A stretch of DNA of 64,000 nucleotides from an uncultured Ruficoccus sp. (GTDB lineage Bacteria; Verrucomicrobiota; Verrucomicrobiia; Opitutales; Cerasicoccaceae), in assembly GCA_965140785.1 (NCBI GenBank), contig OZ223505.1, positions 32,001 through 96,000 on the forward strand. The letters run 5' to 3'. Each line of letters begins with the position of its first letter. The first letter of the stretch is position 1. The notes below the pieces were generated by a model, which was not told where the DNA came from, made no database searches, and was given only the letters and a program-made list of their open reading frames with translations. This document shows positions 38,707-48,180 of this stretch, piece after piece. Both the position numbers and the translations under genes were made by a program.

Positions 38707-39591
38707 ATGAAAATCGCCATTGCCGGGGGAACCGGCCTGATTGGAACCGCTCTGCGCGCTTCGCTCGAAGCCGACGGGCACACCTGCCTCACAATCTCGC
38801 GCACGCCGGGGGAGAACACCGTGCTCTGGGACCCGGCGGCGGGCCAGATCGACGCGTCCGCGCTGGCCGGGGTGGACGCCGTGGTCAACCTCGCCGGACG
38901 CAACATCGCCAGCCGCTGGACCGATTCGATTAAAGAAGAAATCCGCGAGAGCCGCGTCGCAGGCACCGGGCTGCTTGCCCGGACCCTGGCAGGCATGCAA
39001 CCGCAGCCCCGCGTCTTCATCAGCGCCTCGGCCACCGGCTACTACGGGATCAAGCACGAGGAGGACCTGACCGAGGAGAGTTCTGCCGGGGACGGTTTTC
39101 TGGCCGCTGTCTGCCAGGAGTGGGAAGCCACCGCCGAGCCCGCCTGTGCCGCCGGTATTCGCACTGTGTTCCTGCGCAACGGCGTGGTGCTAACCCCCGA
39201 CGGCGGTGCGCTGGAAAAAATCCTCACCCCCTTCAAGGCCGGATTAGGAGGTCCCATCGGCGACGGCAAACAGTGGATGAGCTGGATCGCGATCGACGAT
39301 GTGGTCGGGCTGATCCGCTTCTGTCTCGATAGCGACGCCGTCCACGGCCCGCTCAACGCGACTGCCCCCGAGCCGGTCACCAATGGTGAGTTCGCCTCCA
39401 CTCTGGGCGAGGTAATGGACAAGCCCTCGGCCATCCCCACCCCGGCTTTTGCGCTCAAGCTCGCCTTCGGCCAGATGGCGGAGGAGACGCTACTGTCCAG
39501 TGCACGCGTGCTCCCGGCCAAGGCTCAGGCCGCCGGTTATGTTTTTCAGTTTCCAGCCTTGAAACCCGCCCTCGAACACCTCTTGTCTTGA
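38707..39591 (+). CDS. TIGR01777 family NAD-dependent epimerase/oxidoreductase
   Basis: GGTGLIG, VNLAG, SASATGYYG, GKQWMSWIAIDD, NATAPEPV. Confidence 0.9.
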   Translation: MKIAIAGGTGLIGTALRASLEADGHTCLTISRTPGENTVLWDPAAGQIDASALAGVDAVVNLAGRNIASRWTDSIKEEIRESRVAGTGLLARTLAGMQPQPRVFISASATGYYGIKHEEDLTEESSAGDGFLAAVCQEWEATAEPACAAGIRTVFLRNGVVLTPDGGALEKILTPFKAGLGGPIGDGKQWMSWIAIDDVVGLIRFCLDSDAVHGPLNATAPEPVTNGEFASTLGEVMDKPSAIPTPAFALKLAFGQMAEETLLSSARVLPAKAQAAGYVFQFPALKPALEHLLS

Positions 39592-39594
39592 GGC

Positions 39595-40050
39595 ATGCGT
39601 GCGGTGATTCAGCGGGTGGACGCGGCTTCGGTCAGCGTTGCGGACGAGGTGATTGGCGAGATTGGCCCGGGGCTGCTCGTCTTTCTCGGCGTGGGTGAGG
39701 GAGATACGACGGATGATGTCGCCTGGCTCGCCGCCAAGGTTTGCAAGCTGCGCGTCTTCGAGGACGAGGCGGGAAAGATGAACCTCCCCGTGACCGACAC
39801 CGGCGGCGGCGTGCTGGTCATCAGCCAGTTCACCCTCTTTGGTAACCTGAAGAAAGGCACGCGCCCGTCCTTCAACCGTTCGGCTCCGCCCGAGGTGGCG
39901 ATCCCGCTCTACGAGGCCTTCATCGCGGAGGTCTCGCGCCTGCTGGATAAACCGGTCCCCTCGGGCCGCTTCGCCGCCGATATGACGATCCACGCCGCCA
40001 ACGATGGCCCCGTCACGCTCATCCTCGACACCCGCCAGAAAGATTTTTAA
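39595..40050 (+). CDS. dtd: D-aminoacyl-tRNA deacylase
   Basis: MRAVIQRV, SQFTL, NDGPVT. Confidence 0.96.
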   Translation: MRAVIQRVDAASVSVADEVIGEIGPGLLVFLGVGEGDTTDDVAWLAAKVCKLRVFEDEAGKMNLPVTDTGGGVLVISQFTLFGNLKKGTRPSFNRSAPPEVAIPLYEAFIAEVSRLLDKPVPSGRFAADMTIHAANDGPVTLILDTRQKDF

Positions 40051-40122
40051 GGGGCGCCCCTGTGCCGAGAATTACCTCCGCCTGTAATACCGCTTGCAAC
40101 CAGTTTTGATAAGGTCAGGGAT

Positions 40123-40198
40123 TTAACAGGAAGGCCGGAAAGAACGAAAAGAAAGATCTATAGCCTTCTACCCCCGCTCGTCCCGACCTTCCTGTTAA
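40123..40198. repeat. Element with periodic inverted arms, ttaacaggaagg subfamily (empty)
   Basis: ttaacaggaaggccggaaagaacgaaaag ... cgctcgtcccgaccttcctgttaa. Confidence 0.75.
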
Positions 40199-40249
40199 CA
40201 ATAATCGCTCAAAAATCTTTCTGATTGTATCATTTCCGTTCTCCGATTC

Positions 40250-40783
40250 ATGCCCGTACCCCAAGGAAAAGTCCTGCCGCTCGCCTTCTTCCGGCGCGAC
40301 ACCGAAACGGTCACCCGCGAGCTGCTCGGGAAGGCCCTGTGCCGCAAGCTGCCCGACGGCACCACCCGGCGCGGTCTGTTGACCGAACTGGAGGCCTACG
40401 TCGGCCCGCATGACAAAGCCTGCCATGCCAGCAAGGGCAAGACCCCCCGCACCGCCGTCATGTTCGAGCCCGGCGGGGTCTTTTACGTTTACCTCTGCTA
40501 CGGCATGCACTGGATGCTCAACCTCGTGACTGAGGGCGGTGAGTATCCGGCTGCGATTCTCGTGCGCGGGGTGGACGACATCCGCGGCCCGGGGCGCGTG
40601 ACGAAGCAACTCGCTATCGGGCGCGACCTCAACACCCGTCCCATCCGCCGCCCGAGCGGCTTGTGGGTGGAGGACGTCGGCGTGGAAGTGCCCGAGGCAC
40701 AGATCGAGCGTACGCCGCGCATCGGGATCAACTACGCCGGAGAGTACTGGATCAACCAGCCTCTACGCTACGTGGTGAAGTGA
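40250..40783 (+). CDS. mpg: DNA-3-methyladenine glycosylase (AAG/Mpg family)
   Basis: ELEAY, DKACHA, YVYLCYGMH, AILVR, GPG, TPRIGI. Confidence 0.92.
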   Translation: MPVPQGKVLPLAFFRRDTETVTRELLGKALCRKLPDGTTRRGLLTELEAYVGPHDKACHASKGKTPRTAVMFEPGGVFYVYLCYGMHWMLNLVTEGGEYPAAILVRGVDDIRGPGRVTKQLAIGRDLNTRPIRRPSGLWVEDVGVEVPEAQIERTPRIGINYAGEYWINQPLRYVVK

Positions 40784-40848
40784 CTTGTACTCTGCCGGGA
40801 TCAAGAGTCTCTCAATCCCGTCGGTAGTCAGTCGATTCTAACCCCGGC

Positions 40849-41631
40849 CTACGACTTCATCGTGGTGGCGGCGTCGAGACGCTCGGCGACGTTGTCCCAG
40901 TTGACGACCTTCCACCAGTTGTCGATGTAGTCGCCGCGGCGGTTCTGGTACTTCAGGTAGTAGGCATGCTCCCAGACGTCGAGAGCGAGGATCGGCACCA
41001 CGCCCCATTGGGTGAGGTTCTGGTGCTTCTCGGCCTGGAGGATGACGAGCTTGCCGCCAAAGGGCTGATAGCCGAGCAGGCCCCAGCCGCTGCCCTGGAC
41101 GTGCTTGGCCACGGTGGAGAACTGCGACTTGAAGGTGTCGAAGCTGCCGAAGTGCTCACCGAGGGTCTTCTTCACCGTCGAGGACGGTGAGGTTGAGCCA
41201 GCGGGGGCCATGTTCTGGAAGAAGACCGTGTGCAGGTTGTACCCCGCGCCGTTGAAGGCCAGTTGGTTCTCCCAGTAGGAGACTTCCGGGAAGTCGTCGT
41301 CGGAGCGGAAGTCTTTGAGCTTGGAGAGGGCCTTGTTGAGGCCGTTCTTGTAGCCGTTGAAGTGAATGTCGTGGTGCAGGCGCATGGTCTCGGCGTCGAT
41401 CGAGGGTTCCAGCGCGTTGTACGCGTAGGGCAGGGGCGGCAGCTCGTACTCACCGGCACTGTTCATGGGAACGTCGAACAGGACGGTGGCGGCGGGGGAG
41501 GAAGCGGCGGCGGCGGGCGCTGCCTGGGCCCGGGAGGCACCCAGGAGCCCTAATCCGGCCAGCCCGGCGGCGCCGACAAAGGAGCGGCGGTTCAGATTGA
41601 CGGGGGGAGTGCTGTCAGGTGTCGTATCCAT
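40849..41631 (-). CDS. Tat-exported Fe/Mn superoxide dismutase
   Basis: Twin-arginine signal NRRSFVGAAG...[36 protein letters not shown]. Confidence 0.9.
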   Translation of the reverse strand: MDTTPDSTPPVNLNRRSFVGAAGLAGLGLLGASRAQAAPAAAASSPAATVLFDVPMNSAGEYELPPLPYAYNALEPSIDAETMRLHHDIHFNGYKNGLNKALSKLKDFRSDDDFPEVSYWENQLAFNGAGYNLHTVFFQNMAPAGSTSPSSTVKKTLGEHFGSFDTFKSQFSTVAKHVQGSGWGLLGYQPFGGKLVILQAEKHQNLTQWGVVPILALDVWEHAYYLKYQNRRGDYIDNWWKVVNWDNVAERLDAATTMKS

Positions 41632-41749
41632 CCGGCAAGCATAGGGACACAGCCCACCCAAGTCAAACGGAGCGGTCGGATTTCCCGTGGCCAGGCGGTA
41701 ATCCGATGTGTCAGCCCATCAAACCGCGCATGCGCAGGCCCTTAGGTAA

Positions 41750-41774
41750 TAAAAAAGCCCGCCTGAGCGGGCTT
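41750..41774 (-). terminator. Terminator after tRNA-Asp
   Basis: aagcccgc-tcag-gcgggcttttt on the minus strand. Confidence 0.75.
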
Positions 41775-41778
41775 AAAA

Positions 41779-41855
<77 letters not shown>

Positions 41856-41995
41856 CCTGAAAGAGGAAAGAGGCCGAAGTTAGCGGATGAGGGCGGCATG
41901 TCAAGCGGTCAATTCGCTGTTTTTTTGCCTTAGGGTTTTTTTTGCTGTCAGTTCGCTGTTTACCCGGGGCGGGAGCGGGCCTAACTTGAGCGCCG

Positions 41996-43063
41996 ATGCC
42001 GGAGAATCAGGGCCCGGGCCGCCGATTGGCCGATCTCACTGCCGCCCGCCGCGGGCGGGGTAAGCGCGGCGCGTTGGCCGCGGCGGTGGTGGCTCAGGCT
42101 CTCATCTTGCTGGTTGCGGTCGGAGTCATCATCGCGGTGCCGGACGGACAGGAGGACCCGGCGTTCAAGGCCGGCAAGCGTATCACCCTCCCGCAGCGTG
42201 AATTGGAGCACCGGGCGGCGCTGAACGAGTTCCAGCAGGCGGCGGGGGCGCCGCTGCCGGTGGAAAAACTGACCACGGAGGCCCTGCTGCCGGACGCCGC
42301 CCTGCCGGAGCTGCCGAGCTTGCCGAGCGAGAGTTTCAGCCCCTTTGTCCTGGAGAACCCCGCCCCGGACGCCGACGCGCTGCTGGGTGAGACCGGGCTG
42401 AATGCGGCGCTGGCGGGCCTTCCGGGCGGCATGTCCGAGCTGGACCTGTTCGGCATCCGCGAGGGGGCGAGCCGGTTCGTTATCCTCGTCGATACATCCA
42501 ACTCGATGTTCGAGCGTCAGCGCGACGGGGTGAAGTACCGTTTCGATTTTTCCGTGATCAAGGAGGAGATCGCGGCGCTCATTGCGGGTTTGCAGCCGGA
42601 TACGCAGTTCAATCTCGCCATCTACGAGGGCGGCTCGTTGGCCTGGCAGCCGCAGCTTATGCCCGCGACGCTGGAGAACAAGCAGGCGGCGCAGGCATGG
42701 CTGTATGGGTTGAGCGAAAGCCCGTCGGCGTCGATTTCCTCGCGCCGCAGTCCCGGCCCGACGCTGATCGAGGGCGGCGGCACTCGGCTCGATACAGGGT
42801 TGCGGCAGGCGTTCGGCTTTGAGCCGGAGGTGATTTTTATCGTGACCGACGGGGAGATCAACCGCAGTGGCCGGACCATTCCTGAGGACGAGTTGCTGGA
42901 CATCATCCGCGAGCTTCAGCGGACCTTGGCGGAGCCGGCGCGGCTCCACGTCATCCACTACGAGACCGCCGTGACCAAACCCGAGGAAACCGCCACCATG
43001 CGGGCGATTGCCGGGCGCAACGGCGGGCGCTTCCGCAAGGTCGAGGCCGTGCCGGTGAAGTGA
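41996..43063 (+). CDS. Membrane-anchored von Willebrand factor A (VWA) domain protein
   Basis: N-terminal TM; MIDAS-like DTSNSM, GGTRLD, IFIVTDG. Confidence 0.8.
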   Translation: MPENQGPGRRLADLTAARRGRGKRGALAAAVVAQALILLVAVGVIIAVPDGQEDPAFKAGKRITLPQRELEHRAALNEFQQAAGAPLPVEKLTTEALLPDAALPELPSLPSESFSPFVLENPAPDADALLGETGLNAALAGLPGGMSELDLFGIREGASRFVILVDTSNSMFERQRDGVKYRFDFSVIKEEIAALIAGLQPDTQFNLAIYEGGSLAWQPQLMPATLENKQAAQAWLYGLSESPSASISSRRSPGPTLIEGGGTRLDTGLRQAFGFEPEVIFIVTDGEINRSGRTIPEDELLDIIRELQRTLAEPARLHVIHYETAVTKPEETATMRAIAGRNGGRFRKVEAVPVK

Positions 43064-43085
43064 CCGGGGCGTGGAAGGACGTGAA

Positions 43086-43446
43086 ATTTAACAGGAAGGC
43101 CGGGGGGGACGCGAAGAGGCCAGGCTGCCGCGGTTTTGCTGCTCTGGTTCAATCTCTAATCCCTATTTGGGGAGGAGGCGTTTAGGCCACGTGGACAAAA
43201 TAGCTCATGTCGCCCCTATGGGCGCATTTAGGCCCAAAATCCATGTCCTCAGCTCGACAATTCGGCAAATTGCCTGGCTTCGAAGCCTGAATTTCGGACC
43301 AAAAATCGCCTTCGGTTGCTCGTTCCGTATTTTGTTCACGCGGCCTAGAGCATGCATGAAGTGTGTAAGAATGCGGATCGTGCTCACAGAACAGTCCATT
43401 TCCCATCTGGACTTTCTTTTCGCTCTTCCCGGCCTTCCTGTTAAAT
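43086..43446. repeat. Element with periodic inverted arms (ttaacaggaagg subfamily) containing a nested palindromic element
   Basis: atttaacaggaaggccggggggacgcgaagag ... ctttcttttcgctcttcccggccttcctgttaaat. Confidence 0.8.
43183..43347. mobile_element. 165-bp MITE-like palindromic element (nested)
   Basis: taggccacgtggacaaaata / tattttgttcacgcggccta (18/20 inverted match); imperfect internal palindrome. Confidence 0.65.
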
Positions 43447-43452
43447 CCCTCT

Positions 43453-43977
43453 CTACAGCGAGCGGAGTACGTCCTGCCACAGCTCGGCTTCGCCGGGGTG
43501 GCCGTGGGTCTGGAGCTGGCGGAAAATAGTGGCGGTGTCCGGCTCGGTGACGGCGTGGCGGGGGTCGCCCGGCAGGTCGGGGCAGGCGGTGCGGACCAAG
43601 CCCCAGCAGGCCCAGGCGCGCCAGGATTTCTGCTCGCGGCGTTCGCCACGCACGCGGTCGGCCAGGTGTTGGAAGTGGACGCGCGGGTTACCGATGAAGA
43701 TGCCCGGCGGGTTGTTTTTAACGATCCAGATCATCGCCCGGTAGGGCAGGGGCCAGTGCCGGAGAACGGGCTCGGTACCGTCGAGATCCGCGTAGAGGGC
43801 GCGGTCGAGGGCCAGCAGGCTGCGGGCGGAGAGCCCCCGCAGCCAGAGGGTTTGCGCATAGGTGAGGGCGAGCGGGTAAAGCTCCTCGCCGGGCGCGGAG
43901 CGGTGCGGGGCGAGGGTGCGCCACGACATCTGCGGGTCGGCGGGGGGCAGGTGCGGGCAGGGCTCGGGCTCGGGCAT
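43453..43977 (-). CDS. Hypothetical protein
   Basis: Plausible protein with FIGNPRVHFQHLA and WRAWACW motifs; start uncertain. Confidence 0.6.
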   Translation of the reverse strand: MPEPEPCPHLPPADPQMSWRTLAPHRSAPGEELYPLALTYAQTLWLRGLSARSLLALDRALYADLDGTEPVLRHWPLPYRAMIWIVKNNPPGIFIGNPRVHFQHLADRVRGERREQKSWRAWACWGLVRTACPDLPGDPRHAVTEPDTATIFRQLQTHGHPGEAELWQDVLRSL

Positions 43978-44024
43978 GGCGGTCAGGTTTTCGCACGCGG
44001 CGCGGGCTTGCAACGCCATTCTGG

Positions 44025-44750
44025 ATGTCGTTGAATGCGCCCGTTTTGGAAACGCAGGCAAAGACACAACGGCGGGAAGCCTATCGGATCAACGGCGCGG
44101 CGCGGCTGGGCCTCTGGCTGGGCTGCCTGATCTTTAAGATTTGGGTGCGGACGCTACGCCTGCGCGCCGACGAGCACACGCGCGCGGTGATGGGCAAGCC
44201 CGGCCCCGGTGTCTGCCTGATGTGGCACAACCGCCTCTTTACCACCTCCGAAGTGGTCCGGCGCTATATGCGGCGACCGGGACGGCGCGTCCATGGCCTG
44301 ATCAGCGGGAGCAAGGACGGAGCCTGGCTGGCGGGGATATTCGAGGCGGTGGGCGTCACCCCGATCCGTGGCTCCAGCAGCTGGCGGGGGACCGAGGCGC
44401 TACGCGACATCGTGCGTATCCTCCGGCAGGGATACGATGTGGGGATCACGCCGGATGGGCCGCGCGGCCCCTGCTACAGCGTGCAGAAGGGGGCGCTGAT
44501 CGCGGCCAAAAGCACCGGCGTGCCGATCACGCTGCTCGCCATGAATCCGACCCGGTACTGGCGGCTGAAAAGCTGGGACCGCTTCTACATCCCCGTCCCG
44601 TTTACGCGGGTGGAGATCAAAGCCATCGATTTCAGCGACTACGCAGCCCTGGCACGAGCCGCCAAAGAGGAAGACCCGGCAGCGTATGCACGCCGCCGCC
44701 TCTTGGAGCTCTCAGGGATTCCTGACTGGGAGCAGGGGGACGAGGCTTAG
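44025..44750 (+). CDS. DUF374 / lysophospholipid acyltransferase family protein
   Basis: WHNR, ISGSKDG, IRGSSS, ITPDGPRGP, SWDRFYIPVPF. Confidence 0.88.
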   Translation: MSLNAPVLETQAKTQRREAYRINGAARLGLWLGCLIFKIWVRTLRLRADEHTRAVMGKPGPGVCLMWHNRLFTTSEVVRRYMRRPGRRVHGLISGSKDGAWLAGIFEAVGVTPIRGSSSWRGTEALRDIVRILRQGYDVGITPDGPRGPCYSVQKGALIAAKSTGVPITLLAMNPTRYWRLKSWDRFYIPVPFTRVEIKAIDFSDYAALARAAKEEDPAAYARRRLLELSGIPDWEQGDEA

Positions 44751-45142
44751 AAAGCCGGGGAGGAGACAGAGGTGCCGCCGGCGGCTACGGTGAGATTTTC
44801 ACCTTCGGCCCAGATTTCATCGTTGATGATGAACTTGAAGGCGAGGCCTTCCTTGGCGCTGGCCGTGGACCAGGTCCAGTCACCGTCCACACAGTCCATG
44901 AGCAAGCCCTTTTCCCAGGACAGGCCGCCGCCTTCGCCACGGATGTAGAGGTTGTTCCCCCATCCGATATCGACTTTGGCGATGACGGTGGTCAGCGGGG
45001 TGGCGACTTTCTTGACTGTCTTCTTAGTGGCAACTTTTTTGGCAGCCTTCTTGGTGACGACTTTTTTCACGGCCTTCTTAGCGACCGTTTTTTTGACAGC
45101 AGTCTTCTTTACCGCTTTCTTTGCAGCTTTTTTTATAGCCAT
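44747..45142 (-). CDS. Histone H1-like Lys/Ala-rich N-terminus fused to a CBM20-like beta-sandwich
   Basis: KKAAKKAVKKTAVKK... followed by AKVDIGWGNNLYIRGEGGGLSWEKG ... FKFIINDEIW. Confidence 0.75.
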   Translation of the reverse strand: MAIKKAAKKAVKKTAVKKTVAKKAVKKVVTKKAAKKVATKKTVKKVATPLTTVIAKVDIGWGNNLYIRGEGGGLSWEKGLLMDCVDGDWTWSTASAKEGLAFKFIINDEIWAEGENLTVAAGGTSVSSPAF

Positions 45143-45181
45143 AGTATTGTCAGTTTAGATTGGGGGTAGTCCGAAACTCTT

Positions 45182-45216
45182 AGCACACGCAGGGCCAACT
45201 GCAAGATGATTTCCTA
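45182..45216 (-). promoter_or_regulatory. Two tandem sigma-54-like GG-N10-GC sites
   Basis: Minus strand: taGGaaatcatcttGCa then ttGGccctgcgtgtGCt, 40-75 nt upstream of ATG 45142. Confidence 0.35.
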
Positions 45217-45301
45217 ACCGCCCTATAATCGTGATGTGCGCAGAAAGGCAGCTTCAGCTCTGCTATGTGTTTGTCCCTGTGAGTGCTAGATACAGTTAAT
45301 T

Positions 45302-48058
45302 TTACTGTCGAGGGGGAAATGGATTGCGGGTGTTGATTCGTGAGAGCGAGTCGTTCAGGCGCATGCCGAGAACGCGCGACAGGTTGAGGAAAAGTTTGCT
45401 CGAAAGAAACGGACTGGAGCGCTGGAGTTTGAGCAGGCTCTCCCAGTCCAGGACCAGGAGCTTGCCCGCGGTGCGCGCGGTCACGTCCGCCGTGCGCCGC
45501 ACACTGGAGACCAGCGCGACCTCGCCCACCACGTCGCCGAGAGCCAGGGTGGACAGGACGACCTTCTCGCCATCGATCTGCTTGCTGACTTCGAACTCGC
45601 CGTCGATCACCACGTACATGCGGTTGCCCAGTTCGCCTTCCTTGATGATGCGCTGGCCGGGCTCGGTGTCCTCCAGGTTGGCCAGGAGGATGAGCTTTTT
45701 GGCCTGCCACTTGGTCATGCCATGGAAGACCGGCGAGGCTTCGAGAAGCGTCTTGCGCAGGTTGAAGCCGATCACGTCCCACAGGGTGATCAGGCGGGTG
45801 GTGGACAGGAGCACGGGCGTAAGAATGATGTCTGCCGCGAAAGCCAGCAGCATGACAAAGGCGCTCAGCAGCCCGAACTGCATGACGGGCATGAAGCTCG
45901 AAAAGCCCAGCACGACGAAGCCCCCGGCCAGGCCGAGCGAGGTCGTCATGACCGGATAAAATTCCGCCCGTAGCGCATTGGCGATGGCGGGTCGCTCCTC
46001 CTTGCACACCTTGAGCTCGCGGTTGTAGCGCACCATCAGGTGCAGCGTGTCGTCCACGGCTATCCCGATCGTGATGGCGGCCACCATGCAGGTGCCCACG
46101 TTGAGCGGGATACCGACCAAGCCCATCATGCCGAACACCACCACCACGGCGAAGACATTCGAGAGCACGGTTAGCAGTCCGGCCCGGACGGAGAGAAAGA
46201 GCAGGGCGACGGCCAGGAACAAGAACACGATCATGCTCGAGAGCGAGAGCACCTGGCCGGTGATGATTTTGTCCACGGCATTGGCGGCCAGCACGGCCTG
46301 CCCGGTCACGCTGAACTCGTGCCGGCCGAAGGCGCCGCTGCGCAGCTTGGCCTCGATCTCGTTCACCAGCCGGTTGAAGTCGCTGCTGTCGTTGATGTTG
46401 CTGCGCACGACGATGTTGACCTTCGAGTAATCCCCGCTGACGTAGGGTTGAAGCGTCGAGCGGTGGAAAAAGAGCAGATACTGGGCGACCAGCGCGTCCT
46501 TGTCCGGGACCTTGAGCATGGCCGGGTCGTCGCCGAACATCGCCTGGTTGACCAGTGCGAGGTAGTCAGTGAGCGAGAGCACCTTGTCGAGGTCGTCGCG
46601 CTCGCGCAGCCACAGGCACAGCACCTCGACCTGCTGGAGTTTGTTGGCTTGCTTGTACTCGCCCGGTTCGCCGCGCAGCGTGATGTAGGCGACCTTGCTC
46701 CCGCTCAGGCGCGAGGCCACGGTGTTGAGTTTTTCCAGAATGGGCGAGTCGGGCTTGAGGAAGCTGAGCAGGTCGTTGCTGACCTTGATCCGGGGGATGA
46801 GGAACAGGCACGGCAACGCGATCAGCGTAAAGATCAGCATGACTGTGCGCGGACGGGCGACCACACGGGTCATGATCAGGCGCGTGACGCTCGCCGCCCA
46901 CCGCCGGTGACGCGACATCTCCGCCTCGTTGTGCGGGACGGCTTTGATGAACCGCCCGAAGTAGCGCAGGTAGGCGGGCAAAAACAGGACCGAGACGGCG
47001 AAGCGCGCCAGCAACCCGAAGGCCGCACTGATGCCGAAGTCCTGCATGATGCGCAGGGCGTTCAGTCCGGTGACGGCGAAGCCGAGCGTGGTGGTGAGCG
47101 CGGTCAGGACCAGGGTCAGGCCGATGCATTTGGCCACGCCCTCCAGGGCTGCCAGGCTGACGGCGCCCTCATCGCGCTTTTCCCGGTACTCGGTCAGGAT
47201 GTGGACATCCTCGGTCGCGCCGATGATGAGGATGAGCGCCGGCACAATGTAGTTGAGCATGCCGATCGGGATGCCCACCAGCGCCATAAAGCCGAGGGTC
47301 CAGCAGGTGGCGATAGCGGCGTTGAGGACAGGGATGATCGAGGCCTGGAGGCTGCCCATCATCATGCCGATCAGAGCGATGAGGATGAGGCCGGAGAGGG
47401 GCAGGAGGATCTTCTGGTCGCCCAGGATGTAGTCGCCCATCCAAACGTGGACGGCGGGTGCGCCCACCTGGAAGACCCGGTCGAACTCGCCCGCGTAGCG
47501 ATCCAGGATGGTCTGGATGCCTGCGTACACTTCGTGGTCGTAGGCGTTTTCCGGCCCGGTGGGCGGCTTCAGATAAAGGGTCAGCAGGGTAGCGTTGCCG
47601 TCCTCGGAGAGGATGGTCCGCCGCAGCAGCGGGTTGTCCCGGGCGATGGCTTTCTCCTTGGCGGCTGCTTCGGGGGTCTGGGGAAGGGTTTGGAGCAGCG
47701 GGGTCGTATCGACCCAGCCGCCGACGCCCCGGATATTCTGCGCGGTGAAAAGGTTCTCCTCACGCTGGACTTGAGGGAGCTGCTTGAGTTCGTGGGCGAG
47801 CTGCTGGAGCGCTTTCAGCTTTTGCGGGCTGAACAGATCGGCATCCTCGACATAGACCGAGGCCAGCCGGTCGGAGCCGAACTCTGCCCGCACGGCTTCG
47901 TAACGCTGGCGCTCAGGGCTGTCCTTGGGGATGAGCTCTTCGGTCGATACGTTGACCTGAAGCCGGGTCGCCTGCCACAGCCCGAGGGCTGTTAACAGTA
48001 AAACCCCCCCGATGACCCAGGGGGCGCGCCGATAGCAGAATTGGAAGAGTCGCAGCAC
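45302..48058 (-). CDS. MMPL/RND family transporter with C-terminal cyclic-nucleotide-binding domain
   Basis: Two TM blocks with GATEDVHI and GIAVDDTLH; C-terminal IIKEGELGNRMYVVIDG...GDVVGEVAL...RTADV. Confidence 0.9.
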   Translation of the reverse strand: MLRLFQFCYRRAPWVIGGVLLLTALGLWQATRLQVNVSTEELIPKDSPERQRYEAVRAEFGSDRLASVYVEDADLFSPQKLKALQQLAHELKQLPQVQREENLFTAQNIRGVGGWVDTTPLLQTLPQTPEAAAKEKAIARDNPLLRRTILSEDGNATLLTLYLKPPTGPENAYDHEVYAGIQTILDRYAGEFDRVFQVGAPAVHVWMGDYILGDQKILLPLSGLILIALIGMMMGSLQASIIPVLNAAIATCWTLGFMALVGIPIGMLNYIVPALILIIGATEDVHILTEYREKRDEGAVSLAALEGVAKCIGLTLVLTALTTTLGFAVTGLNALRIMQDFGISAAFGLLARFAVSVLFLPAYLRYFGRFIKAVPHNEAEMSRHRRWAASVTRLIMTRVVARPRTVMLIFTLIALPCLFLIPRIKVSNDLLSFLKPDSPILEKLNTVASRLSGSKVAYITLRGEPGEYKQANKLQQVEVLCLWLRERDDLDKVLSLTDYLALVNQAMFGDDPAMLKVPDKDALVAQYLLFFHRSTLQPYVSGDYSKVNIVVRSNINDSSDFNRLVNEIEAKLRSGAFGRHEFSVTGQAVLAANAVDKIITGQVLSLSSMIVFLFLAVALLFLSVRAGLLTVLSNVFAVVVVFGMMGLVGIPLNVGTCMVAAITIGIAVDDTLHLMVRYNRELKVCKEERPAIANALRAEFYPVMTTSLGLAGGFVVLGFSSFMPVMQFGLLSAFVMLLAFAADIILTPVLLSTTRLITLWDVIGFNLRKTLLEASPVFHGMTKWQAKKLILLANLEDTEPGQRIIKEGELGNRMYVVIDGEFEVSKQIDGEKVVLSTLALGDVVGEVALVSSVRRTADVTARTAGKLLVLDWESLLKLQRSSPFLSSKLFLNLSRVLGMRLNDSLSRINTRNPFPPRQ

Positions 48059-48180
48059 CCAGTTAAGTCGCAGTCATGGGCAGCATTACCCACACTGATG
48101 ACGGTTAGCATGAGGGTTTTCCTCCCGCTCACAAGAGAAATGATAGGAGCCGGGCGGGGGCATAGCTCCCCAGCTGCGGG

